Shown here piece by piece: positions 29,548 to 41,982 of a stretch of 64,000 bases of DNA. The notes under the pieces were generated by a model, which saw nothing but the letters and a program-made list of their open reading frames with translations, made no database searches and was not told the origin of the DNA. The position numbers and the translations under genes were made by a program. Origin of the DNA: Macrostomum lignano (lineage: Eukaryota). How positions within the stretch are numbered: position 1 is the first letter of the stretch; each line of letters starts with the position of its first letter. The DNA lies in the NCBI GenBank assembly GCA_002269645.1, contig NIVC01001539.1, forward strand, positions 124,034 to 188,033. The letters run 5' to 3'.

Positions 29548-30910
29548 CTAGTGGTTTCCCATACACAATGATTCCCTAGTGGTTTCCCATACACAATGAT
29601 TCCCTAGTGGTTTCCCATACACAATGATTCCCTAGTGGTTTCCCATACACAATGATTCCCCAGTGGTTTCCCATACACAATGATTCCCTAGTGGTTTCCC
29701 ATACACAATGGTTCCCCAGTGGTTTCCCATACACAATGATTCCCTAGTGGTTTCCCATTCACAATGATTCCCTAGTGGTTTCCCATACACAATGATTCCC
29801 TAGTGGTTTCCCATACACAATGATTCCCTAGTGTTTTCCTATACACAATGATTCCCTAGTGGTTTCCCATACACAATGATTCCCTAGTGGTTTCCTATAC
29901 ACAATGATTCCCTAGTGGTTTCCCATACACAATGGTTCCCTAGTGGTTTCCCATACACAATGAGTCCCTAGTGGTTTCCCATACACAATGGTTCCCTAGT
30001 GGTTTCCCATACACAATGGTTCCCTAGTGGTTTCCCATACACAATGGTTCCCTAGTGGTTTCCCATACACAATGATTCCCTAGTGGTTTCCCATACACAA
30101 TGGTTCCCTAGTGGTTTCCCATACACAATGATTCCCCAGTGTTTTCCCATACACAATGATTCCCTAGTGTTTTCCCATACACAATGATTCCCTAGTGGTT
30201 TCCCATACACAATGGTTCCAGTGGTTTCCCATACACAATGGTTCCCTAGTGGTTTCCCATACACAATGATTCCCCAGTGTTTTCCCATACACAATGATTC
30301 CCTAGTGTTTTCCCATACACAATGGTTCCCTAGTGGTTTCCCATACACAATGGTTCCAGTGGTTTCCAATACACAATGGTTCCTTACCTTAGTCATTAGT
30401 GGTTTCCCATACACAATGGTTCCTTAGTCATTAGTGGTTTCCCATACACAATGGTTCCAGTGGTTTCCCATACACAATGGTTCCAGTGGTTTCCCATACA
30501 CAATGGTTCCAGTGGTTTCCCATACACAATGATTCCCTAGTGGTTTCCCATACACAATGGTTCCCCAGTGGTTTCCCATACACAATGATTCCCTAGTGGT
30601 TTCCCATACACAATGGTTCCAGTGGTTTCCCATACACAATGGTTCCAGTGGTTTCCCATACACAATGGTTCCAGTGGTTTCCCATACACAATGATTCCCT
30701 AGTGGTTTCCCATACACAATGGTTCCCCAGTGGTTTCCCATACACAATGATTCCCTAGTGGTTTCCCATACACAATGGTTCCCCAGTGGTTTCCCATACA
30801 AAATGGTTCCCTATTGGTTTCCCATACACAATGGTTCCTTACCTTAGTCATTAGTGGTTTCCCATACACAATGGTTCCAGTGGTTTCCCATACACAATGG
30901 TTGGTTTCCC
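29548..30910. repeat. 28-bp GGTTTCCCATACACAATGATTCCCTAGT minisatellite
   Basis: Long tandem array with short-deletion variants. Confidence 0.95.
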
Positions 30911-31555
30911 ATATAATGAATGGTTCCTGTAGTTTAAATTCGTAGTTAAAGGGTTTACATTCCTTTCCTGTTTCCATGGCGTTCCATACATACACGAGTT
31001 TACATGGGTTCCAGGTGTGCCAGGTGTTTGAGTCAAGGCCATCAAGGGTTGCACAACAACCCGACAGAGATACCAGGATGACAGGGTCTTCAATATAAAA
31101 GTCAATTCAGCACAGCGGCTTCGCTTACTGACACGAAAGTTGAAATGTTTAACTAAACTGCATGCCTCTCACCTTGAGGAAGTGGGAATTCAAAGTCATT
31201 TATCCCCACCCCCAATACTATTGGAATCCCAAATCCCATCGCAGAGCGTCTCGTCACGGCCCGCTGCTCGTTTTGATCCCCGGCCTCGATTTCCCTCTCC
31301 GTTCGGCACAAAAATCCCAGCTCCCAAGTTTTGACGGCGCGCTCAGGTGAACTGGGTCGTAAAATTAAATTATGATAATTTGAGTGCTCAAGTCGCTCCG
31401 TTTGAGCTTTATGGCTCGGTGCGGATTTCGGATCACCGAGTCTCCGTAATGGGGCGGAAAGATTGAAGAATTCTGATTGAAATCTGTTTGCCAATAAGCT
31501 CTGGGTTTGCAGCCCGCTTTTAGGGGGTCTGCAGATGCGTTTCGATGATATTCAC

Positions 31556-32507
<952 letters not shown>

Positions 32508-33724
32508 TCAATATGCTAGAACGCCGCCATCACAACTGCTCAAGAAGCCACTAAAATTTGTCTGGAAACCCCCACCACCCAGCAGCAGGAGTCTCACAGC
32601 GCAGATTGAATCTTCTTCAATCTTTGCTCAGGCAGACGCTCAGGCCAGAGGGCTCTGCAAAGCTACGCCGGAGATGGCAGGGGGCTTATCTCTGACAGAA
32701 ATCGGAGCTTCCGCGTTGTCCAAAGGGAGCGGCTCGTCTTTCCTAGCCCCGCCTGCCCTGAAAGATCGGTGGCCGGTCCTTGAGCTGTCTCACTGTTTCA
32801 ATCGCATGTCAAACAAGATATTCTACATCATTCTTCCTGGTTTTAATTTTACGTAATAAAGTTTTTCTTCGTTATACTACTGGTAATCAGTAGTATGTTG
32901 CGAGTTGTCTTTTAAATTTGAATCCATGTCGCCTAGAATTTCGATGCGTCAAAAGGTTTCTAACACGTTTTTCTTGGAGCGACCTGTCCGCGTACGCTTG
33001 TACATGTCTGATGATGAGATGTCTGCATTGTACACCCTGTATGAGTGCGTGCCTTCGTACAGTATTGGCGTGCTTGAATGTGCTCAGGACTGCTTGCTTC
33101 CTGAAAACACGTAGGTAGGCCCTTCTATCCACTACATACTCGCAGATACTTCCACACGCGCGAATTTCCCTGTTAAATTATGTTATACTCGTATCAACGA
33201 AAAGAATGTTTAGCTACTGAAAGTAGTCAATAAGCGCAATTGTTTACATTTCTCTAGCAATGGACGCTCTAAAAATTTGCAATTTTTTTATTAATCTAAA
33301 ATTGTTTTGCATTTTGTACTTATTCGTATATTTACTGGAGAACGAAGCTTAGGCAGACAGTAATATAAGGCTGCTCTCGAGAGCGGAGGACGGGTGCTTG
33401 GGGTTGGTAAGAAATAATTGCTGCATTAGCAAGCAAAAAATGAATTAAAAGCAGAACTGACAACCCTTCTCAACACGTCTGGAATTCCTCTATACTACTC
33501 TGTCATTATGCAGCTCAACAGGCAATTGCTGTCGCGAGTGAGCAGGCTCGTGGGCGTGGCACACCTAGCTGCAAGTGTCTCTCTCTGCTCATGGATGAAT
33601 CAAAGTGAACTCAAAAAAACAGGAACTTGAAGCGATTTGAGTAGCCGACATCAGCATGTAGAATGAATGTTTCTGTTAATTTAAAATTGCACTAACAAAA
33701 CTACACTAACATAATGAATGCAGT

Positions 33725-36700
33725 TCACTCCATTGGGGTTCTCCAGAGCAGGTACACGGCCTCCTGGTACTTGAATATGAAACAGAAGCCGGGCTCGTGC
33801 GACACGAGGTTCCAGTACTGACCGCGGACGATCACCACGTGGAACAGTCTGCCAAACTGGTCGTCCAGCAGCTGCTTCACCATTCTGGGCAGCTGCTTCG
33901 GCTGCGGCGATTCTTCCAGACTCTCCTTGACGATGAAGAACGCTTCTGCCTGCCTGTCGGGCGGCATGTCGTTGTAAATCACCTGCACACTGCTGGGCAG
34001 GCTGCGCTTCTGGACCGCGAATACGCTCTTGGAGCGGTAAGCCCGCCTGCAGCGCAGTTTAGGGATTGCTAATCTAGCCAACACCGATGCTGTATTAGAG
34101 TGGATCGCTAATCTAGCCAACACCGATGCTGGATAAGAGTGGGTTGCTAATCTAGCCAACACCGATGCTGGATAAGAGTGGATCGCTAATCTAGCCAACA
34201 CCGATGCTGGATAAGAGTGGATCGCTAATCTAGCCAACACCGATGCTGGATAAGAGTGGATTGCTAATCTAGCCAACACCGATACTGGATTAGAGTGGAT
34301 TGCTAATCTAGCCAACACCGATACTGGATTAGAGTGGATTGCTAATCTAGCCAACACCGATGCTGGATAAGAGTGGATTGCTAATCTAGCCAACATGGAT
34401 ATGGGTGAATAGAATGGATTGCTAATCTAGCCTACATGAATATGGGTGAATAGAATGGATTGCTAATCTAGCCTACATGAATATGGGTGAATAGAATGGA
34501 TTGCTAATCTAGCCTACATGAATATGGGTGAATAGAATGGATTGCTAATCTAGCCAACGCCGATACTGCATTAGAGTAGATTGCTAATCTAGCCAACGCC
34601 GATACTGGATTAGAGTAGATTGCTAATCTAGCCAACACCGATACTGGATTAGAGTGGGTTGCTAATCTAGCCAACACCGATGCTGGATAAGAGTGGATCG
34701 CTAATCTAGCCAACACCGATGCTGGATAAGAGTGGATCGCTAATCTAGCCAACACCGATGCTGGATAAGAGTGGATTGCTAATCTAGCCAACACCGATAC
34801 TGGATTAGAGTGGATTGCTAATCTAGCCAACACCGATACTGGATTAGAGTGGATTGCTAATCTAGCCAACACCGATGCTGGATAAGAGTGGATTGCTAAT
34901 CTAGCCAACATGGATATGGGTGAATAGAATGGATTGCTAATCTAGCCTACATGAATATGGGTGAATAGAATGGATTGCTAATCTAGCCTACATGAATATG
35001 GGTGAATAGAATGGATTGCTAATCTAGCCTACATGAATATGGGTGAATAGAATGGATTGCTAATCTAGCCAACGCCGATACTGCATTAGAGTAGATTGCT
35101 AATCTAGCCAACGCCGATACTGGATTAGAGTAGATTGCTAATCTAGCCAACACCGATACTGGATTAGAGTAGATTGCTAATCTAGCCAACGCCGATACTG
35201 GATTAGAGTAGATTGCTAATCTAGCCAACACCGATACTGGATTAGAGTAGATTGCTAATCTAGCCAACACCGATGCTGGATAAGAGTGGATTGCTAATCT
35301 AGTCAACACCGATACTGGATTAGAGTGGATTGCTAATCTAGCCAACACCGATACTGGATTAGAGTGGATTGCTAATCTAGCCAACACCGATGCTGGATAA
35401 GAGTGGATTGCTAATCTAGCCAACATGGATATGGGTGAATAGAATGGATTGCTAATCTAGCCTACATGAATATGGGTGAATAGAATGGATTGCTAATCTA
35501 GCTAACATGGATATGGGTGAATAGAATGGATTGCTAATCTAGCCTACATGAATATGGGTGAATAGAATGGATTGCTAATCTAGCCTACATGAATATGGGT
35601 GAATAGAATGGATTGCTAATCTAGCCTACATGGATATGGGTGAATAGAATGGACTGCTAATCTAGCCTACATGAATATGGGTGAATAGAATGGATTGCTA
35701 ATCTAGCCTACATGAATATGGGTGAATAGAATGGATTGCTAATCTAGCTAACATGGATATGGGTGAATAGAATGGATTGCTAATCTAGCCAACATGGATA
35801 TGGGTGAATAGAATGGATTGCTAATCTAGCCTACATGAATATGGGTGAATAGAATGGATTGCTAATCTAGCCTACATGAATATAGGTGAATAGAATGGAT
35901 TGCTAATCTAGCTAACATGGATATGGGTGAATAGAATGGATTGCTAATCTAGCCTACATGAATATGGGTGAATAGAATGGATTGCTAATCTAGCCTACAT
36001 GAATATGGGTGAATAGAATGGATTGCTAATCTAGCCTACATGGATATGGGTGAATAGAATGGACTGCTAATCTAGCCTACATGAATATGGGTGAATAGAA
36101 TGGATTGCTAATCTAGCCTACATGAATATGGGTGAATAGAATGGATTGCTAATCTAGCCTACATGGATATGGGTGAATAGAATGGATTGCTAATCTAGCT
36201 AACATGGATATGGGTGAATAGAATGGATTGCTAATCTAGCCTACATGGATATGGGTGAATAGAATGGATTGCTAATCTAGCCTACATGGATATGGGTGAA
36301 TAGAATGGATTGCTAATCTAGCCTACATGGATATGGGTGAATAGAATGGATTGCTAATCTAGCCTACATGGATATGGGTGAATAGAATGGACTGCTAATC
36401 TAGCCTACATGAATATGGGTGAATAGAATGGATTGCTAATCTAGCCTACATGGATATGGGTGAATAGAATGGATTGCTAATCTAGCCTACATGAATATGG
36501 GTGAATATAGAATGGGCTGCTAATCTAGCCTACATGGATATGAGTGAATAGAATGGATTGCTAATCTAGCCTACAGGGACATGAGGGAATAGAGTGGATT
36601 GCTAATCTAGCCTACAGGGACATGAGGGAATAGAGTGGATTGCTAATCTAGCCTACATGGATATGAGGGAATAGAATGGATTGCTAATCTAATTCATGCA

Positions 36701-38184
36701 TTATGATGCAGCTCTGCCAGACCACGGCTTTAGAGTAATAAATCATCTCGCGCTATTTTTATAGCCGTTATTGAAATTCAATTTCTTTCTCTAACTAGTC
36801 GAATCACTGAACCGCTTCAAGACTAAAGGCTCCGAGGAAAGGAGATGGCGAAGAAATTGATAAAAAATTCCTGCACCCGCGAAGGCAATTTATAATTCAG
36901 TGAGGAAATTGGGAGAGTCGCCAGGACTCACGCTTTCTTAGTTATCAGCCCGAGCACATCGCAGTAGTTCTCCAGAGTGATTCGGCCCAAGTGTTGCTGG
37001 TCGAAGATGGCCAGCCACTTCTGAAAATGGCGGTTTAAATAGGACTGAGCTTGAGAAGTTTAACAGGAACTGAGGACTTGCATTCACAGATTGAGTCAGA
37101 TGGTTCCTGTGTTTTATGATCCATGACCCCTGGCTTATCTGACTCTGCCTGTGTTTTATGACCCATGACCCCCTGGCTTAACTGACTCTGCCTGTGTTCT
37201 ATGACCCATGACCCCCTGGCTTATCTGACTCTGCCTGTGATCTATGACCCATGACCCCCTGGCTTATCTGACTCTGCCTGTGTTTTATGACCCATGACTC
37301 ACTGGCTTATCTGACTCTGCCTGTGTTTTATGACCCATGACCCCCTGGCTTATCTGACTCTGTCTGTGTTTTATGACCCATGACCCCTGGCTTATCTGAC
37401 TCTGCCTGTGTTTTATGACCCATGACCCCCTGGCTTATCTGACTCTGTCTGTGTTTTATGACCCATGACCCCTGGCTTATCTGACTCTGCCTGTGTTTTA
37501 TGACCCATGACCCCCTGGCTTATCTGACTCTGCCTGTGTTCTATGACCCATGACCCCCTGGCTTATCTGACTCTGCCTGTGATCTATGACCCATGACCCC
37601 CTGGCTTATCTGACTCTGCCTGTGTTTTATGACCCATGACTCACTGGCTTATCTGACTCTGCCTGTGTTTTATGACCCATGACCCCCTGGCTTATCTGAC
37701 TCTGTCTGTGTTTTATGACCCATGACTCACTGGCTTATCTGACTCTGCCTGTGTTTTATGACCCATGACCCCCTGGCTTATCTGACTCTGCCTGTGTTTT
37801 ATGACCCACTGGCTTATCTGACTCTGCCTGTGTTTTATGACCCACTGGCTTATCTGACTCTGCCTGTGTTTTATGACCCACTGGCTTATCCGACTCTGCC
37901 TGTGTTTTATGACCCACTGGCTTATCTGACTCTGCCTGTGTTTTATGACCCACAGGCTGACTCTCCGAATATCTATGTAAATATGAGCAGTTCCAATCAA
38001 CCAGAATGTTTATTCAGAGTCTCCTAATCGTGCAGTGAAAAATTCGCACCTGTACAAAAGTATCTTCGAAGTTGTTCTTCTCCATGTAGGCTCTGAGCTC
38101 GTCCACGGTGATCTCCTCGCTGTTGTCCGTGTCGATGGCGAAGAATGCGTCCAGGAAGCTGTGCTGATGCTCAGACGAAGACAT
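33725..38184 (-). CDS. Tegumental-allergen-like (TAL) protein: two EF-hands plus a dynein-light-chain-like domain, 3 exons, 181 aa
   Basis: Phase-consistent exons 38184-38050 (MSSSEHQHSFLDAFFAIDTDNSEEITVDELRAYMEKNNFEDTFVQ), 37020-36932 (KWLAIFDQQHLGRITLENYCDVLGLITKK) and 34046-33725 (…LPSSVQVIYNDM…KQLLDDQFGRLFHVVIVRGQYWNLVSHEPGFCFIFKYQEAVYLLWRTPME). Size and motifs match the schistosome Sm22.6/TAL family as I recall it. Confidence 0.9.
34062..36690. repeat. Compound minisatellite of 39-bp and 41-bp units sharing the core GGATTGCTAATCTAGCC, with a 515-bp higher-order repeat
   Basis: 34381-34895 and 34896-35410 each consist of 4x41 + 9x39 bp; the rest is mostly 41-mers. Lies in TAL intron 2. 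Confidence 0.93.
37110..37955. repeat. ~43-bp / 36-bp CCATGACCCCCTGGCTTATCTGACTCTGCCTGTGTTTTATGAC minisatellite
   Basis: Tandem units in TAL intron 1; the last copies are shortened to 36 bp. Confidence 0.9.
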
Positions 38185-39066
38185 GATGCCTTAGACCAAG
38201 TTAGCACCCAGATGAGAGGGATAGCGAAAGTTTAGGAGTGAAGCCTGACAGACTACTCATTCACTCTCTAGAGCTCTCTTAAAAGGTGCTTACTAGCTTG
38301 TCAGAGCTGTCCATCTCGGACGGGTTCGGTAATTACACACAGAAACTGATGAGGTAGAGCTCACTCGCCCGCTGGGTGAGATTGGCAAAACTCAGAGGCA
38401 TTTCGAGTGCGAATTTTTGGCTGTGGCACTCGAAAACGCCTGGCTGGTTGGGACCCTCTGGCGCCCCGCTGACTGCAGGAATTCCAGCTGCAGCGTCCCA
38501 GCGGGGTTCCGGTTGAGTCAGTTCAGTCTCAGACCTCAGCTGGCTCAGCCTCCCAGCAGTGGAGTGCAGAGACAGACTTTGAGATGAGAAGAGAAAAAGC
38601 ACAGAAAAAAGAAGAAGATGATGTCAGCAGATGAAGAGAGGCCAGCTGAGCTGACTTTGCCGCGCGCCGCAATCCCCCCACCCGTCCCTTCAGATCAGAT
38701 TAATTGCCGCCGGCCCCGCTAATTTAGGACGGCCGCCCGCCGCCGCCTCCGCTAGCCAAAGGCCAGCCCAGAAAGCCGCAGAGCAGGACAGGAAAGGAGA
38801 AAGTGGAGAGTTGAAGAAAATAAGAGAGCGGCAAGGAGGGGAGAGGGAAAGAGCCAACTGCTGATTGGGATGGCAGAAGCCTCTCTCCCTTCCCATTGCT
38901 TTCCTTCCTGATCCTCCCTCAATATCCCTTTCTCTTCTTTTTCTCAATTTTCTTTCAGGCAAAAACATGCCAGCCCCAATTTCTGGGATTCCGTTCCCTG
39001 GCCGATTAAATTCCAAGAAAAGCCGGCGGACCCGAGGCCAACTGAGGTCGCCCCAGCTGCTCAAGA

Positions 39067-40485
39067 ATGAAGCGCAGCGTCAGTTTGAGCATCAAGTCGG
39101 CGCTGTCGCACCTAGACGAGAGTCCGGACCTGCGAGAGCTGCTCCGGGCTGGCCAGCCTCGCCGGGTGGTCAATCTGGGCCTCGGCGAGTCGCCGTTCCC
39201 GCCGCCGCCGGCAGCCGCCGAGCTGCTTCGCCGAAACGCCGATGCCTGTCGCTATTCGCCCAGCGACGGCTGCCCGGAGCTGCGCGCCGCCTTTGCCGAC
39301 TTTCACGGCTGGCCGGGCGGTGCCGAGAGCGTCGTGATCGGGCCCGGCTGCCGCGGCCTGCTCTTCGCCCTGCTGCTCGCCTTCGAGGGTCGAATTTTCA
39401 TCGCCGCGCCGGCCTGGAGCGCCTGCGGTCCCCAGTGCGAGCTGCTGCGCCGGCTCCACTCCGCCGTGTTCGTCGTGCCGACCGACTTCGACGACGCCTG
39501 GAAGATCAAGCCGTCGGCGCTGCGGCGCGCGGTGCTGTCGGTGGAGTCCGGCTGCCGGGGCTCCGAGACGGCCAGCAACAAGCTGCTGGTTCTGGCCAGC
39601 CCTGGCAACCCCAGCGGCCAGTGCTACTCGGCCGAAGAGTTCGCTAGGCTGGCCGAGACCCTGGCGGAACTCGGATTCACCGCGGCGGTGTCCGACGAGA
39701 CCTACGCCCTGCTGCGCTACGACGGCCGGCCGCACCGATCGCTGTCCGAGTTCTACCCAGACGGAGCGGTCATTCTGACCAGCCTGTCCAAGTGGGCCGG
39801 CCTGGCCGGCTGGAGGATCGGCTGTGCGCTGTTCCCCCGCCGACTGGTCGGCCTGCAAGAGTCCGTGGCCGGCGCGCTCTCCCAGATGGCGCCGTGTGCG
39901 CCGACACCGCAGCAGCTGGCCGCCGCGGAGCTGCTTCGCGCCGCCTGCCCGGACCCCGGCGCCGCCACCACCGCCGCCTGCCGCGTTCTGCGCCGTCTCG
40001 GCCGTTTTTGCTCCGAGCGACTGTCCGGCTGCGGCCGCGTCCGAGTCCTGGCGCCGCAGGCCGGGTTCTTCCTGCTCATCGACTTGACCGACCTCGCCGA
40101 CGACTTGCGCTGCCTTGGCGCCGACACGGCTGGCCAGGTGTGCACCCGCCTGCTGCGGGACCTCGGCCTGCTGCTGCTCCCAGGCGACGCCTTCATGCTG
40201 CCACCGGAAGCGGTCGTGCTTCGCCTCTGCTTTCTCGACTTCGACGGCGGCGCCGCTGTCGAAGCGGCCAACCAAGGCGGCGATAAAGAAGTCGAGGACA
40301 ACGACGAGCGGTTCGTCCTGAGCCACTGCCAGCCGACGGCCGACGCCGTCCTCCGCCTGTGCGACTGGCTGCGCCGGCTGCCGGAACGCGCCGCAGCGGA
40401 GCGCGACTGGCAGGCGGAGCTGCGCCGGGTGGGACGCGAACTCGCGACCTCAGCTCTGCTGGGCGCCTTGGAACTTTGCTGCTGA
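39067..40485 (+). CDS. PLP-dependent class I/II aminotransferase (aspartate aminotransferase-like fold), intronless, 472 aa
   Basis: Motifs NLGLGESPFP, RYSPSDGCPELR, IGPG, PAW, GNPSG, SDETY, SLSKWAG.AGWRIG (PLP lysine) and a C-terminal LRLCF. A single uninterrupted ORF. Confidence 0.9.
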   Translation: MKRSVSLSIKSALSHLDESPDLRELLRAGQPRRVVNLGLGESPFPPPPAAAELLRRNADACRYSPSDGCPELRAAFADFHGWPGGAESVVIGPGCRGLLFALLLAFEGRIFIAAPAWSACGPQCELLRRLHSAVFVVPTDFDDAWKIKPSALRRAVLSVESGCRGSETASNKLLVLASPGNPSGQCYSAEEFARLAETLAELGFTAAVSDETYALLRYDGRPHRSLSEFYPDGAVILTSLSKWAGLAGWRIGCALFPRRLVGLQESVAGALSQMAPCAPTPQQLAAAELLRAACPDPGAATTAACRVLRRLGRFCSERLSGCGRVRVLAPQAGFFLLIDLTDLADDLRCLGADTAGQVCTRLLRDLGLLLLPGDAFMLPPEAVVLRLCFLDFDGGAAVEAANQGGDKEVEDNDERFVLSHCQPTADAVLRLCDWLRRLPERAAAERDWQAELRRVGRELATSALLGALELCC

Positions 40486-40849
40486 TTAACATTGCCTGAA
40501 TGGCATGAATGCATGCATATAGACCTGAGGGTACTACTGAAAAGTAGTAGAAATTCAATTTAGTTTGTCGAGAAGTTCCGCGCTGACAAAAGCTGAACCC
40601 TGGTAGAAAGGGTCTGTTGACTGGGTTCAGCGGACCAAAACTGCTGGAAGTTGGCTTCCAGACTTTTACCTCTATAGTTGGCTAATCTTCCCTAGCGCAA
40701 ATAAAATAACGCCCTGCTTGTTAACCTCGAGCTATACTATCTGTCGGTCATTTGTATACTGCAAAAATATTCTGCTAGCTAAGCTGTCTTCTGCTTGCCT
40801 GTAACTCAAGGCCCGGATAAAGAATCCAGCTTATGGCTGCGGGCTAGAT

Positions 40850-41062
40850 GAGAGAGGAGAGAAGAGGCAAGAGATAGGGTGAGAGAAGAAATAAGAGAGA
40901 AGATATGAGGAGAGAAGAGGAGAGAGAGGACAGAGAGGGGGAGAGAGGAGAGGGGAGAGGAGAGAGGAAAGAGGAAAGAGGGGAGAGAGGAGAGAGGAGA
41001 GAGATGAGAGAAGGGAGAGAGGGAGAGAGATGAGAGAGGGGAGAGAGGAGAGGAGAGAGCTG
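40850..41062. repeat. GA-rich low-complexity tract
   Basis: Purine-only (GAGAG) run. Confidence 0.85.
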
Positions 41063-41982
41063 AGCAGAGACACAAACCCTGAGCGGGCCAGATTGCTATT
41101 ATAAAGTGCTGCGGGCTGGCTTTTGCCCGAGCAGATTTAAGTTTATTTTTAACTGAAGTATGATCATAGACTATTTCATTTGCCTGTATTGAGCACAAGA
41201 GCCTAACTAAAGGCAAACCGCTTGGAAATAAGTAAAAAAATATATATATAAAGTTAAACGGTGCCAAGCAGACATCGGCAAAAGAAGGCCGAAGGTACTA
41301 CGGCGAATATTCAGGGCATTAAGCCCAGTGTTTCAGTACAAACTTGTAACATAAAGTTTCAAAGGACCCGAGGGTCGGAAATCGTCGACCCTTTCCGTAG
41401 CTCCAGAGCATTAGCTGAAGAGCCACTCCCCATTCTATTTCGAACGCCTCCCGCATTGATAGTCTTCACATAATTTCAAGCGCCTACCTGCGTAAGAGTT
41501 TTGCTATCAGCTGTCGGTAACCCCCCCAGCTCTGCATTTCCACTTTCCTTATCGGTCCCTGGGTCATCGGGCCTGGCCGTGACCAGCAAACTGGGCAAAT
41601 GGGCCTCAGCCAGTGTACAAAATGGCTTGCTTTATGTAGAGTATTGTGTGGAATAACAAATTGTAAACTGAACAGACGACTAGAGATCGCAATCGAATTA
41701 AAACCACCTGACTGTGAAAACTGAAGCTGAAACCTTATTTAGGACATTGGTTCGGAAATTATAAACACCCCCTCGCCTCCTCCTTCTCTCCTGCATTTCC
41801 TGTTCGCAAACCTTATCTGTTGCACACCTTTCACAGAGAGTGGCTGGCTTATATAACAGGGCCACCAGAGACAACACAGGCTCTGATAAATATTTGGCTC
41901 AGTTGCAGCAGCAATCAATTCAACAAGGCAAAAACCAAAACACTGATTTCTCGATTCGAAATTGTCAACACTTATCACAAAC

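Noticed and set aside
32874-32896. Hairpin ATACTACTG-GTAAT-CAGTAGTAT as a Helitron end or terminator
   Set aside because: The stem is AT-rich, no CTRR terminus follows at the expected distance, and no matching 5' end was seen.
34062-36690. CRISPR-like array (constant palindromic core alternating with variable segments)
   Set aside because: The 'spacers' are of only two recurring types, there are no cas genes, and the array is inside a spliceosomal intron of a eukaryotic gene. It is a minisatellite.
39112-40514. Long antisense and alternative-frame ORFs over the aminotransferase (and over the LINE, TEP and gypsy ORFs)
   Set aside because: These are expected shadows of GC-rich coding sequence and carry no recognisable motifs.
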